From a virus, in IMG/VR virus record IMGVR_UViG_3300029305_004519, positions 1 to 13,540 of that record: DNA of 13,540 bases. One strand, written 5' to 3'. The notes under the pieces are model-generated. The model was not told where the DNA came from. It saw only the letters and a program-made list of their open reading frames with translations, and did no database searches. Position 1 is the first letter of the stretch. Every line of letters begins with the position of its first letter. The position numbers and the translations under genes were made by a program. Below are positions 6,614 to 13,540 of this stretch, in pieces.

Positions 6614-6818
6614 TCTTTTGTTGCTCCTTAATCCATTTGATAGCTTCAGTAAATTTATAAGTTACATTATCAACCTGTAAAATAGGTGCAGAACGGAACC
6701 CCATTGCCGCCATTACTGCTTGATCAGATACTGTGGTATATTGAATCTAAGCGGCATCTAATTTTGTTTTAAGAACTTTACATTGCGGGCAACCCGTTGA
6801 GTATAAAGTAATATTCAT
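6603..6818 (-). CDS. nrdH: NrdH / glutaredoxin-like redoxin (71 codons) with one in-frame TAG at codon 24 (plus CTA 6747-6749).
   Basis: RBS GGAGAAAATCAAATG. Translation is MNITLYSTGCPQCKVLKTKLDAA[TAG]IQYTTVSDQAVMAAMGFRSAPILQVDNVTYKFTEAIKWIKEQQKNGN. The CPQC active site lies N-terminal of the TAG and the cis-Pro region (SAPIL) C-terminal of it, so both halves of the thioredoxin fold need readthrough. It overlaps the nrdD start by 11 nt. Stop TAA. Confidence 0.7.
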
Positions 6819-6899
6819 TTGATTTTCTCCTTTTTATTTCATTTTAATTGTTTCATATTATAATAAAAATTATAATAGATAAATTATTTAATATTGACC
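6819..6899 (-). promoter_or_regulatory. AT-rich promoter region upstream of nrdH, with two TATAAT hexamers on the − strand (...CTATTATAATTTTTATTATAATATG...).
   Basis: 81-nt non-coding gap between the gmk-like stop and the nrdH RBS. -10-like hexamers are clear. The -35 is only weakly matched (TCAATA). Confidence 0.35.
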
Positions 6900-7529
6900 T
6901 TATTGTTCCATACGAGTAGGATGGATGCTATTTTTATATTGCTCAATATCCCCAAGCTGATACCAAATGCGTTCAAGTACAATTTCCATTGAGTGTCCAG
7001 AATGAGTTAAGTCTATACATCCATAATCATGATTATCAAGAATATAATAGTCAAAGTCTAGGTCTGCAAAATCCTCTTCATCAGTAAAATATCTTCTACA
7101 CATCTCTGCGCAATCAGGATTATCCTCTCTTGATAGATAACGCATTAATCTCTCTTTATCTGATGCATTTACATATACTACAGTAACTGCAATATCAGGA
7201 GATTCCAATAAAGCAGAGATACCTGCTGGATTAAAAACACCTAAATTAATTTTGTCTGGCGCCAAGGCTTCAATGGAAGTGCCATAAAACCAATCTCTAA
7301 ATTCGGTTGCTTCAAGCATTTCTCCATTAAGGACTTTGCGAGTAAATTCATTTAGTGTTAAAAAGTGATATGCTTCACCATCAATTTCTCCTTCTCTTGG
7401 TGGCCGAGTGGTGCAGCTTATAATTGGATTAAAAATATCTGGATGGGCCTTACAAGTGGCTCGTTGAATAGTGTCCTTGCCTGCGCCCGCTTTCCCAATG
7501 AGTGCAACTACTTGATATTTAGTTTTCAT
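6900..7529 (-). CDS. gmk: Guanylate-kinase-like nucleoside monophosphate kinase.
   Basis: P-loop IGKAGAGKDT. GMP-kinase motif ISCTTRPPREGEIDGEAYHF (resembling S.TTR.PR.GE.DG.DY.F). RBS AAGGAGAAAATAAAAATG. Stop TAA. Confidence 0.75.
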   Translation of the reverse strand: MKTKYQVVALIGKAGAGKDTIQRATCKAHPDIFNPIISCTTRPPREGEIDGEAYHFLTLNEFTRKVLNGEMLEATEFRDWFYGTSIEALAPDKINLGVFNPAGISALLESPDIAVTVVYVNASDKERLMRYLSREDNPDCAEMCRRYFTDEEDFADLDFDYYILDNHDYGCIDLTHSGHSMEIVLERIWYQLGDIEQYKNSIHPTRMEQ

Positions 7530-7701
7530 TTTTATTTTCTCCTTTTGTAAATTTCCTTATCCAAGCTTTATATTCTTCTTGAGCTTGAGCGAGATGCTTT
7601 AAAATAATATCTCGCTCAATGCTGCTATCTGTTCCTACTAAAATATGATACATAAACTCATTTTCATAAGTTTCTTCAGTGTAATCTTTTTGAATCATCA
7701 T
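7519..7701 (-). CDS. Hypothetical protein (60 aa), translationally coupled to dnaE.
   Basis: Its ATG overlaps the dnaE TGA (ATGA at 7698-7701). Stop TAA 8 nt into the gmk-like start region. Confidence 0.5.
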   Translation of the reverse strand: MMIQKDYTEETYENEFMYHILVGTDSSIERDIILKHLAQAQEEYKAWIRKFTKGENKNEN

Positions 7702-10700
7702 TCTTCCATATCCTTCCTTTCATGGACTAACTCCATATCTCTTCCATCGTTGAAAAGTGAAATCTTATAGATTTGATGAGTAGGAGTATGCTTGTAGGTT
7801 TTGGTTACGAACTGGTCACCACGCCTATAGCCCGTTAAGAGTAGCATCGTTCCTCTTTTGAACCAGCCTTTTTCCGTCACTTTCTTGCTTCCATCATCTT
7901 GAAGCTCCGACAATTGTTTCTTGTATTGCGCGTAGTATTCCTTCGTAAACTTAACAGTTACAACACCGCTTGGAGTTAACAAAGTGATGGACGCTTTATT
8001 ATCATTCTTTGCGATTACTGTTCCGATAATCTTATAGGTTTTCCAAATTGGAATTTGTTGGCCATTACGCTTGAAATAATATTCTGCTTCCGGGTTTTCA
8101 GGCAATGCAAAGAAATTTGAAATACCGTACTTATGGGTATTAATATTTGCTAATTCATGCTCATGATAGTAAAAACATAACGATTCCATTTCCCAAGAGG
8201 ATAAAGAACCTTGAGCATATTTATTCCAAGTATCCATAAAGAGCTGCGTATTAAGTTCGCGCAAAACTTCGCTCTGATTCTCCTTTAACCAGTCTCTGGC
8301 GCCGTCCATTTGTTTTTGATAAATTCCATCCCAAGTCTTCTGTTGAATACAAGTTAAACCATTAATAACTTCTAATTTTTCAATATCAAAGTTATCTTTA
8401 TAGAATTTATAGCAAGGTTCGTCAAATACAAAGTATTTTCCAACTTTTGTATTTGCTTTGAGATATTTATTAAATTCAAATACTCTACGCTCAAAGTCAA
8501 GTGACTCTGGAACCAATCCACGCTGAATAAGCCCATTAAAGTTTTGTAAAGTCAGTTTGCTCTTAGGCTCACAAGCCTTTGATAAATAATATGCCATGAC
8601 AACAAAACGAGGATGAATATTTAACTCTTTACCCCATTCTGTCTCAAGTCTATCAAAGGCGCCCGCCTTAATTAGAGAAATCATCTGCGTTTTATTAAGC
8701 GGACAACGCGTCATAAAATCGGCGATATTAGCATAAGGTCTGCCGCTTATTATCTGCTCAATTACTTCGCTATTGATTCCGCTCAATGCTTTCATACCGA
8801 AGAGGATTTGATTATTCTCAATATCAGGCTTAAAGCTAAATTGAGATTTATTTATATCAACTAAAGATACATTAATACCTGCTGACAAAATATCACCAAG
8901 TGCCTTTGCTAGTTTGGTATAATCTGTCTGCTTATCTTTTGCTTCTTCATCGTCATCTTCATTATCATATCCTTCAAGCGAACCACTATTAACGATTAAG
9001 TTTGCAGTATTCCAATAAATAGGATTCCATCTTGTGGCGGCGTATGCTGTCTGAAAACCAATAAAGCTATAAGCAAGCGCATGGATAATGGAAAACGAGT
9101 ATCCCATTTGCGGGCCGATACCATGCTTCCAAACGTAATGACCCATACATGGGGAGCTAGCCTGGTCAAGAACTTGTTGTTGCAAAGCAGGGATCTTAGA
9201 CATTTGCTTCTTTCCGACGATTTTTCTGGCGGCGTTGGCGTCCGCAAGGCTAAACCCACAAATCTTAGGATCCATCAACATCTGCATCATCTGCTCCTGA
9301 GAAGGAGGAACACCATGAGACTTTAAGAAGTAAGGTTTTAATACTTCTTGTTCCTCTTTAGTAAGACCAAATTCATCCATTTCTTTATACCAAAGGTTGA
9401 TATTATTTTTGAAACGAACATACTTTTCCATTGGTGTTTCTTGACCTTTTTCATTAGTCATAAGTCGCATCAAACCATTGGCATCCGCCAGCTCAAGAAT
9501 ACTTGATGGACGAATCTTCTTAGCGGCTTGGGCGCCCACATCTGAATCAAATTGGAACAATCCTAAAACTTCAACATTTTGAATTGGCTTCCAATACTTT
9601 TCTTCTTCAATAGGTAATACATTTGGATGAAAGTATTTATCATATATTTGGCGCAAGGTCATATCTGACTCTAATTCACCAGTCTCTTGCAACATGTTAA
9701 TGGTTTCTACGAGTTTATCTTGTACTTCCGTTACGAGGAAGTCGTATTTTACCATTCCAAGCGCCTCACAAGTGTGAAGGTCAAACTGCGTTATAACCTC
9801 TCCTTTTGGAGTTCTCATGAAAGCGCCAAATTCATATGGATCTTCATCAAACAAAATAACTCCAGATGCGTGAGATGAGCGCTTGTTCTTAAGACCTTCA
9901 ATCGAAGTCATAATTTCCAAAAGCCCAGGATAATGATTTACTTCTCTAACGAACGAGGCCACTGGCTTACGATCTTTATCTGGGTTACCATTAACCACAT
10001 CATTGATACTCCACAAGAATCCTCTCTCTTGCGGAACAAGAGAAGTAAGATATTGCGCCATATCAACATCAATACCGTCTGGATATTCTTCACTACGATA
10101 GCCGCGGCAAGCGGTCAATATTGCGCTCTTTGTGGTTTCTGTACCAAAGGTTGCAATAAGTGTACAACCTAAGTTAGCGCGAGACAGTTCATCAATATCT
10201 GCATTAAACTTGGCGCCACGCTCTTCCTTAATCTTTTTAAGAATGTAAGGTCTTTTGCTTGGACATAGATCTAAGTCTATATCGCCGAGCTCGATACGTT
10301 CCTTATTAAGGTAGCGCCAGAAGGGAAGGTTCCACTCTATAGGATCAAGTTGGGTAACTCCAAGCAGATAATGGTTTAGACCTGAGCAACTTGAACCACG
10401 ACCGGCGCCAACCATAGAACCGCACTCCCAAAACAGATCAATATAATGCTGAAGTGTAACAGGATATGCGAACATATTTGTTTCCAGTTTTTCACTAATC
10501 GTTCTTTTGATATCCGCCTCTTCTTCAAGTCTATCCAAATATTGTGAATGATCATTAACCAAATCATAAAGAGTTGCTTGTTTTTTATCGCTCAAACTCT
10601 CCAAACATTGATTTACCCAATACCTCTCCACTTGATTATCAGAATTTAGCAATTCGGTTAAAGTTGGATAGTGTATCGCAATAAAGTATTCTTCTTCATT

Positions 10701-11672
10701 ACAAGGCTTTGTTAAATCAACCTTAGGATACTCTTTTACTTCAACTTTGGGAATTCTTTGCTTATGACGAATACTATAATTTTCAATTTTATCATAGATA
10801 GATAAGCTATTTTTAAATAAATTGCTAATATAATAATCATCATTGAAAGATTTTCGTAAGTTTTCAAAAATCTCTTCTTCAGTTTGGAGATAAGAATATT
10901 CATAGAAACTATCTACTTCTCTTTCTCCGCCTTTGGAATTAAGATATGCTTTATGAACATATCTATCTTCCTTTGAGAGATAGTGTGCGTCACTGCCAAT
11001 TACCATTGGAATTCGCATTGCATCAGAGATTTGACGCAACTTTTTATTAACTACTATCTGATCTCTTGAAGCGGCGGGCGCACACTCCAAATAAAAGTCA
11101 TCTCCAAAAAGATTCTTACACCAAGAGATAAAATCAACTATATGGTTATATTCTCGTTGTCTTGTTTCCATATCAAACATAGCTTCTGCATTTATCATAT
11201 TTGCAACTGCTGTTGATAACTCTCCACCGAGACAAGCAGTTGTTGCTATAAGTGAATCTGGATATTTATTTACGATTTCTTTAAGGTCTGACTTAAGAGT
11301 TACCACTCTCTCCATACCACGATCCCAATAGCTATTGAGCCAAGCGCGCGATGATAATTCTCTTAATGCGCGCCATCCGACGGAATTCTTAGCCAAAAGT
11401 ATAAAGTGATAATACTTTTGACTCATGTCTCTTGTATCGCAGAGATATATTTCATTTCCAAGAGCCACCTTAAAATCAGGATGCTCTTCTCTTATCTTTT
11501 CACCGTAGAAACTTGCGGCGGGCAGGTTACTTAAACATTCATGATCAGTAATACTTACACCGGCAAGTCCAATCTTCACGGCTTTATCAATTAAATCTTC
11601 TACACGGTTAATACTATCAAGCAGTCTTGTGTTTGAAGTATCAGTATGCGTGTGGATTTCAAATCGAAGCAT
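7698..11672 (-). CDS. dnaE: DNA polymerase III alpha subunit-like (C-family, DnaE-type) replicative polymerase, 1324 aa. It contains no TAG codon.
   Basis: N-terminal PHP domain (FEIHTHTDTSNTRLLDS...GLAGVSITDHECLSN). Length and C-terminal OB-fold-like region are typical of DnaE. RBS GAGAGGAGTAAAAGATG. Stop TGA. Confidence 0.85.
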   Translation of the reverse strand: MLRFEIHTHTDTSNTRLLDSINRVEDLIDKAVKIGLAGVSITDHECLSNLPAASFYGEKIREEHPDFKVALGNEIYLCDTRDMSQKYYHFILLAKNSVGWRALRELSSRAWLNSYWDRGMERVVTLKSDLKEIVNKYPDSLIATTACLGGELSTAVANMINAEAMFDMETRQREYNHIVDFISWCKNLFGDDFYLECAPAASRDQIVVNKKLRQISDAMRIPMVIGSDAHYLSKEDRYVHKAYLNSKGGEREVDSFYEYSYLQTEEEIFENLRKSFNDDYYISNLFKNSLSIYDKIENYSIRHKQRIPKVEVKEYPKVDLTKPCNEEEYFIAIHYPTLTELLNSDNQVERYWVNQCLESLSDKKQATLYDLVNDHSQYLDRLEEEADIKRTISEKLETNMFAYPVTLQHYIDLFWECGSMVGAGRGSSCSGLNHYLLGVTQLDPIEWNLPFWRYLNKERIELGDIDLDLCPSKRPYILKKIKEERGAKFNADIDELSRANLGCTLIATFGTETTKSAILTACRGYRSEEYPDGIDVDMAQYLTSLVPQERGFLWSINDVVNGNPDKDRKPVASFVREVNHYPGLLEIMTSIEGLKNKRSSHASGVILFDEDPYEFGAFMRTPKGEVITQFDLHTCEALGMVKYDFLVTEVQDKLVETINMLQETGELESDMTLRQIYDKYFHPNVLPIEEEKYWKPIQNVEVLGLFQFDSDVGAQAAKKIRPSSILELADANGLMRLMTNEKGQETPMEKYVRFKNNINLWYKEMDEFGLTKEEQEVLKPYFLKSHGVPPSQEQMMQMLMDPKICGFSLADANAARKIVGKKQMSKIPALQQQVLDQASSPCMGHYVWKHGIGPQMGYSFSIIHALAYSFIGFQTAYAATRWNPIYWNTANLIVNSGSLEGYDNEDDDEEAKDKQTDYTKLAKALGDILSAGINVSLVDINKSQFSFKPDIENNQILFGMKALSGINSEVIEQIISGRPYANIADFMTRCPLNKTQMISLIKAGAFDRLETEWGKELNIHPRFVVMAYYLSKACEPKSKLTLQNFNGLIQRGLVPESLDFERRVFEFNKYLKANTKVGKYFVFDEPCYKFYKDNFDIEKLEVINGLTCIQQKTWDGIYQKQMDGARDWLKENQSEVLRELNTQLFMDTWNKYAQGSLSSWEMESLCFYYHEHELANINTHKYGISNFFALPENPEAEYYFKRNGQQIPIWKTYKIIGTVIAKNDNKASITLLTPSGVVTVKFTKEYYAQYKKQLSELQDDGSKKVTEKGWFKRGTMLLLTGYRRGDQFVTKTYKHTPTHQIYKISLFNDGRDMELVHERKDMEE

Positions 11673-11707
11673 CTTTTACTCCTCTCTGTTAGTTTTTATA
11701 TATAATA

Positions 11708-11736
11708 ATTATAACTTATTTTTTACAAAAAATCAA
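11708..11736 (-). promoter_or_regulatory. Sigma70-like promoter P(dnaE): TTGATT-17-TATAAT.
   Basis: − strand -35 TTGATT (plus 11731-11736 aatcaa), 17-nt spacer, -10 TATAAT (plus 11708-11713). The -35 is formed from the tail of the upstream terminator. RBS and ATG of dnaE lie about 30 nt downstream. Confidence 0.5.
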
Positions 11737-11758
11737 GCCGTATCACCTGATACGGCTT
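11735..11758 (-). terminator. Rho-independent terminator after the helicase-side operon.
   Basis: Stem AAGCCGTATCA / TGATACGGCTT with a 2-nt loop. On the − strand it is followed by GATTTTTTG. On the + strand it is preceded by A6 and followed by TTTT, so it is potentially bidirectional. The TGA of the upstream ORF lies in the loop. Confidence 0.55.
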
Positions 11759-11943
11759 TTATCATTATAAAGTGCGGTATAATATTGTTCTAAATCAGAA
11801 AAAGATTCTTGAACGCGTAAATGTTTTGAAATAGTTTCGATAAAACATCCGCCTCCTCTTAAATCAGAGGCGTCTGATATTGAAATCACATGGTTAAGAT
11901 TTAATAATATTGGGCCAGTTGTAGTAGTAACCTCAATAAACAT
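11743..11943 (-). CDS. Hypothetical protein (66 aa). Start placed at the second ATG.
   Basis: The first ATG (11958) has no SD. The second ATG has GGAGGT plus 7 nt, just after the upstream TAA. Stop TGA inside the terminator hairpin. Confidence 0.5.
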   Translation of the reverse strand: MFIEVTTTTGPILLNLNHVISISDASDLRGGGCFIETISKHLRVQESFSDLEQYYTALYNDKSRIR

Positions 11944-11944
11944 A

Positions 11945-12232
11945 TTACCAACCTCCATTTATAGTGGGTTCAGGATCATATGGATTGGTTGAATAGGGAT
12001 TTGTGACATATGGTTGTACGCTGGGCGGGTAAGTTTCAGGTTTGTCATAAAATGCTTTGAGCTTTTGCACTATAGCTTCTATACTTTCTTGCACAGAGAA
12101 ATCGTGATCTTCTGTAGTGGTGCTAATAGTAGTAGTTTTATTTTTCATGTTATAATAAACTTGTGCGATAGTTTCATGATGGATCCACATTTCTCCACCA
12201 TCAATTAAAGTTGTTTTAATATATGGAAACAT
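11945..12232 (-). CDS. Hypothetical protein (95 aa) with a Pro/Tyr/Asn-rich C-terminus. Start placed at the internal ATG.
   Basis: RBS GGAGGGAAAAATAAAATG before MFPYIKTTLIDGG... The ORF as listed would overlap the upstream gene. Stop TAA. Confidence 0.5.
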   Translation of the reverse strand: MFPYIKTTLIDGGEMWIHHETIAQVYYNMKNKTTTISTTTEDHDFSVQESIEAIVQKLKAFYDKPETYPPSVQPYVTNPYSTNPYDPEPTINGGW

Positions 12233-12233
12233 T

Positions 12234-12470
12234 TTATTTTTCCCTCCAAATATGAATTGGTAAATTATTTTGTTCAGGATATACTGCAATTGATATACAG
12301 GCTTTATTATATCTGCATTTTACATTAAACCCTCGTTTTTTCATTTGGCGTTCGATAATCTCATCTTTTACCAGTCCTAAATGCGAATAGTTCTTAGCTT
12401 TTTGATCTGCGATACATTTATCGAGATACTCAAAAGTTTCTTTTATTGCTTGTTCATATTTTTCTATCAC
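12234..12470 (-). CDS. Hypothetical protein. Uncertain start: GTG at 12470, or TTG at 12479.
   Basis: No ATG near the 5' end of the ORF. AAGGAG lies 10 nt before the GTG. It overlaps the 3' end of the previous ORF in the +1 frame. Stop TAA. Confidence 0.4.
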   Translation of the reverse strand: MIEKYEQAIKETFEYLDKCIADQKAKNYSHLGLVKDEIIERQMKKRGFNVKCRYNKACISIAVYPEQNNLPIHIWREK

Positions 12471-12666
12471 CTTGTCCAAACTCCTTTATATCTATAAAAT
12501 TAGCTAATAATTTTTTATTATAGTCTCCTGCAGCGTTTTTAAGAAATGGCTCCATATCAGCGTATATTTCATTCCAATAAAATCTTAAAAAGATAGGAAG
12601 TGGTTGAGGAGGGCGAAGTGCTGCATATCGAGTCTTCCATTTGGTTATAAATTCTTCTTGTGTCAT
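12454..12666 (-). CDS. Hypothetical protein (about 70 aa). Start placed at the internal ATG that overlaps the upstream TGA (ATGA).
   Basis: MTQEEFITKWK... ATG preceded by GGATGGTGG. Stop TGA. Confidence 0.5.
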   Translation of the reverse strand: MTQEEFITKWKTRYAALRPPQPLPIFLRFYWNEIYADMEPFLKNAAGDYNKKLLANFIDIKEFGQGDRKI

Positions 12667-12941
12667 GCAAAATTCCACCATCCTTCAATATAATCCGCAA
12701 TAGGCTGTTCATTTTCAAAAACAACCTTGATTGGCTTTTGAAGTTCGCTTACATCAAGTATCCAAAGTGATTTGGGATCTAGTCTCTCTGGGTCGTAGTA
12801 CACTTCAACAGGTATCTGTTTTTCTTTTATTTTTTGCCTTAATAAGAGATACGCTTCTTCAAAAGATAACTCTCTTACATCAGTTGTTGCTTTGATATTT
12901 TCAATTAAGTCATGTAATTCCGCTTCTATATATGGTTTCAT
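12663..12941 (-). CDS. Hypothetical protein (92 aa).
   Basis: ORF with RBS GTGAGGATGATATG. Stop TGA. Confidence 0.55.
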   Translation of the reverse strand: MKPYIEAELHDLIENIKATTDVRELSFEEAYLLLRQKIKEKQIPVEVYYDPERLDPKSLWILDVSELQKPIKVVFENEQPIADYIEGWWNFA

Positions 12942-12948
12942 ATCATCC

Positions 12949-13540
12949 TCACTTCCGCACTATTACGAGTTTTTGAGCAGCTCTCGTCGCACATGTGTAT
13001 AACCATCTGGCATGCTCTTCTTTTCCAAATGGAAAATTCTCTTCTATGACCAAGACCTTATCCCACTCTGATCCTTGCGCTTTATGCCCCGTCACAGCGT
13101 AGCCGTAAGTGAATTCCATCGGTACCATCCAGCTGAGCTTTTTATTCTTCATTAGGCGCCATTCAATAGTTGAAGGTAAGCTTTTTTGGCCTTCTACTAT
13201 AAGTCGCTTATCCATCATTAAATCAGAATAAGTGGCGCCGGCATCTGACATAAAACTGCCATCTATCACTTCAAAACTACCGCCGCCGTTAATATAAGAT
13301 GGATATCGCATCTTTCTGGGGTATCCATTTTTAAGATAGCCTATTGTCCCATTTACCAGAGGATCTCCATTTGAGTCTAGCATTCCCCAGTAATTTCTAA
13401 GACATATGAGTTTTTCTCCATCCTTAGGAGTTCCTTCATTTCCAAGCATTTGACGCATCTGGTTATTGATGCCAATGCGTGTTTCGTTTTTTGCGCAAAG
13501 TATCTGGTCTGCCCAAGTGTACATACCATCTACTAAATCG
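12949..13540 (-). CDS. C-terminal part of a Dda/RecD-like SF1B DNA helicase. It continues upstream beyond the window edge.
   Basis: Helicase motif VI-like FTYGYAVTGHKAQGSEWDKV and ...LYTCATRAAQKL (resembling hAhTVHKSQGSE / YVAhSRA). The frame stays open upstream of the first Met to the window end (DLVDG MYTW...). Stop TGA. Confidence 0.8.
   Translation of the reverse strand, partial: DLVDGMYTWADQILCAKNETRIGINNQMRQMLGNEGTPKDGEKLICLRNYWGMLDSNGDPLVNGTIGYLKNGYPRKMRYPSYINGGGSFEVIDGSFMSDAGATYSDLMMDKRLIVEGQKSLPSTIEWRLMKNKKLSWMVPMEFTYGYAVTGHKAQGSEWDKVLVIEENFPFGKEEHARWLYTCATRAAQKLVIVRK

Noticed and set aside
1668-6818. Interpreting the TAG-interrupted genes as pseudogenes, sequencing errors or programmed readthrough.
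   Set aside because: Nine interruptions in four genes are all TAG, never TAA or TGA. No gene uses TAG as its terminator. Conserved motifs are intact on both sides. Recoding explains all of this at once.
1668-6818. TAG as pyrrolysine.
   Set aside because: The affected proteins (RuvC, NrdD, NrdH, a coiled-coil ORF) are not Pyl-enzyme families, and the density is far above Pyl usage. General sense reassignment is much more likely.
6819-6899. Possible tRNA (for example a suppressor) in the non-coding gaps.
   Set aside because: The gaps are 55-81 nt, extremely AT-rich and lack cloverleaf-compatible stems. No tRNA is discernible in this window.
6894-6922. + strand TTGACC-17-TAGGAT promoter-like match at the gmk-like 3' end.
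   Set aside because: It has a weak -10, would drive antisense transcription into gmk, and there is no + strand gene downstream. It is probably a chance match.
8996-10567. ORFs 8996-9259 (−), 9081-9326 (+), 9687-9878 (+), 9933-10172 (+) and 10376-10567 (−) within dnaE.
   Set aside because: They are alternative-frame or antisense ORFs inside the 1324-aa polymerase gene and are spurious.

Overview
This is a densely packed, AT-rich window that looks like a phage (or large mobile element) from a low-GC host. Four genes on the + strand end at 1653: a partial Cys-rich C-terminal fragment, a BclA-C-terminal-domain-like protein, a low-complexity Y/M/P/R/G-rich protein and a small HExxH metallopeptidase-like protein. 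They meet, at a shared hairpin terminator, a long − strand block encoding replication and nucleotide metabolism. That block contains a Dda-like SF1B helicase (C-terminus, partial), a DnaE-type PHP-domain DNA polymerase III alpha, a guanylate-kinase-like protein, an nrdH-nrdD-nrdG anaerobic (class III) RNR operon, dUTPase, a RuvC-like resolvase and about ten small hypothetical proteins. Many gene pairs are linked by ATGA or TAATG stop/start overlaps. I see at least three near-consensus sigma70-type promoters (TTGAnn-17-TATAAT); two are fused directly to the T-tails of hairpin terminators. The main observation is that four genes (ruvC, nrdD, nrdH and a 77-codon hypothetical) read cleanly through nine in-frame TAG codons and terminate only at TAA/TGA. 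No gene in the window uses TAG as its stop (14 TAA, 9 TGA, 0 TAG). This indicates that TAG is reassigned to a sense codon (probably Gln, genetic-code-15-like), as described for some gut phages. TAG use is strongly gene-specific: there are none in about 2,000 codons of dnaE, gmk, dut, nrdG and helicase, whereas 7 of the 9 fall in ruvC and the adjacent small ORF. Standard code-11 gene calling fragments these genes. No tRNA, CRISPR array or transposase is visible.
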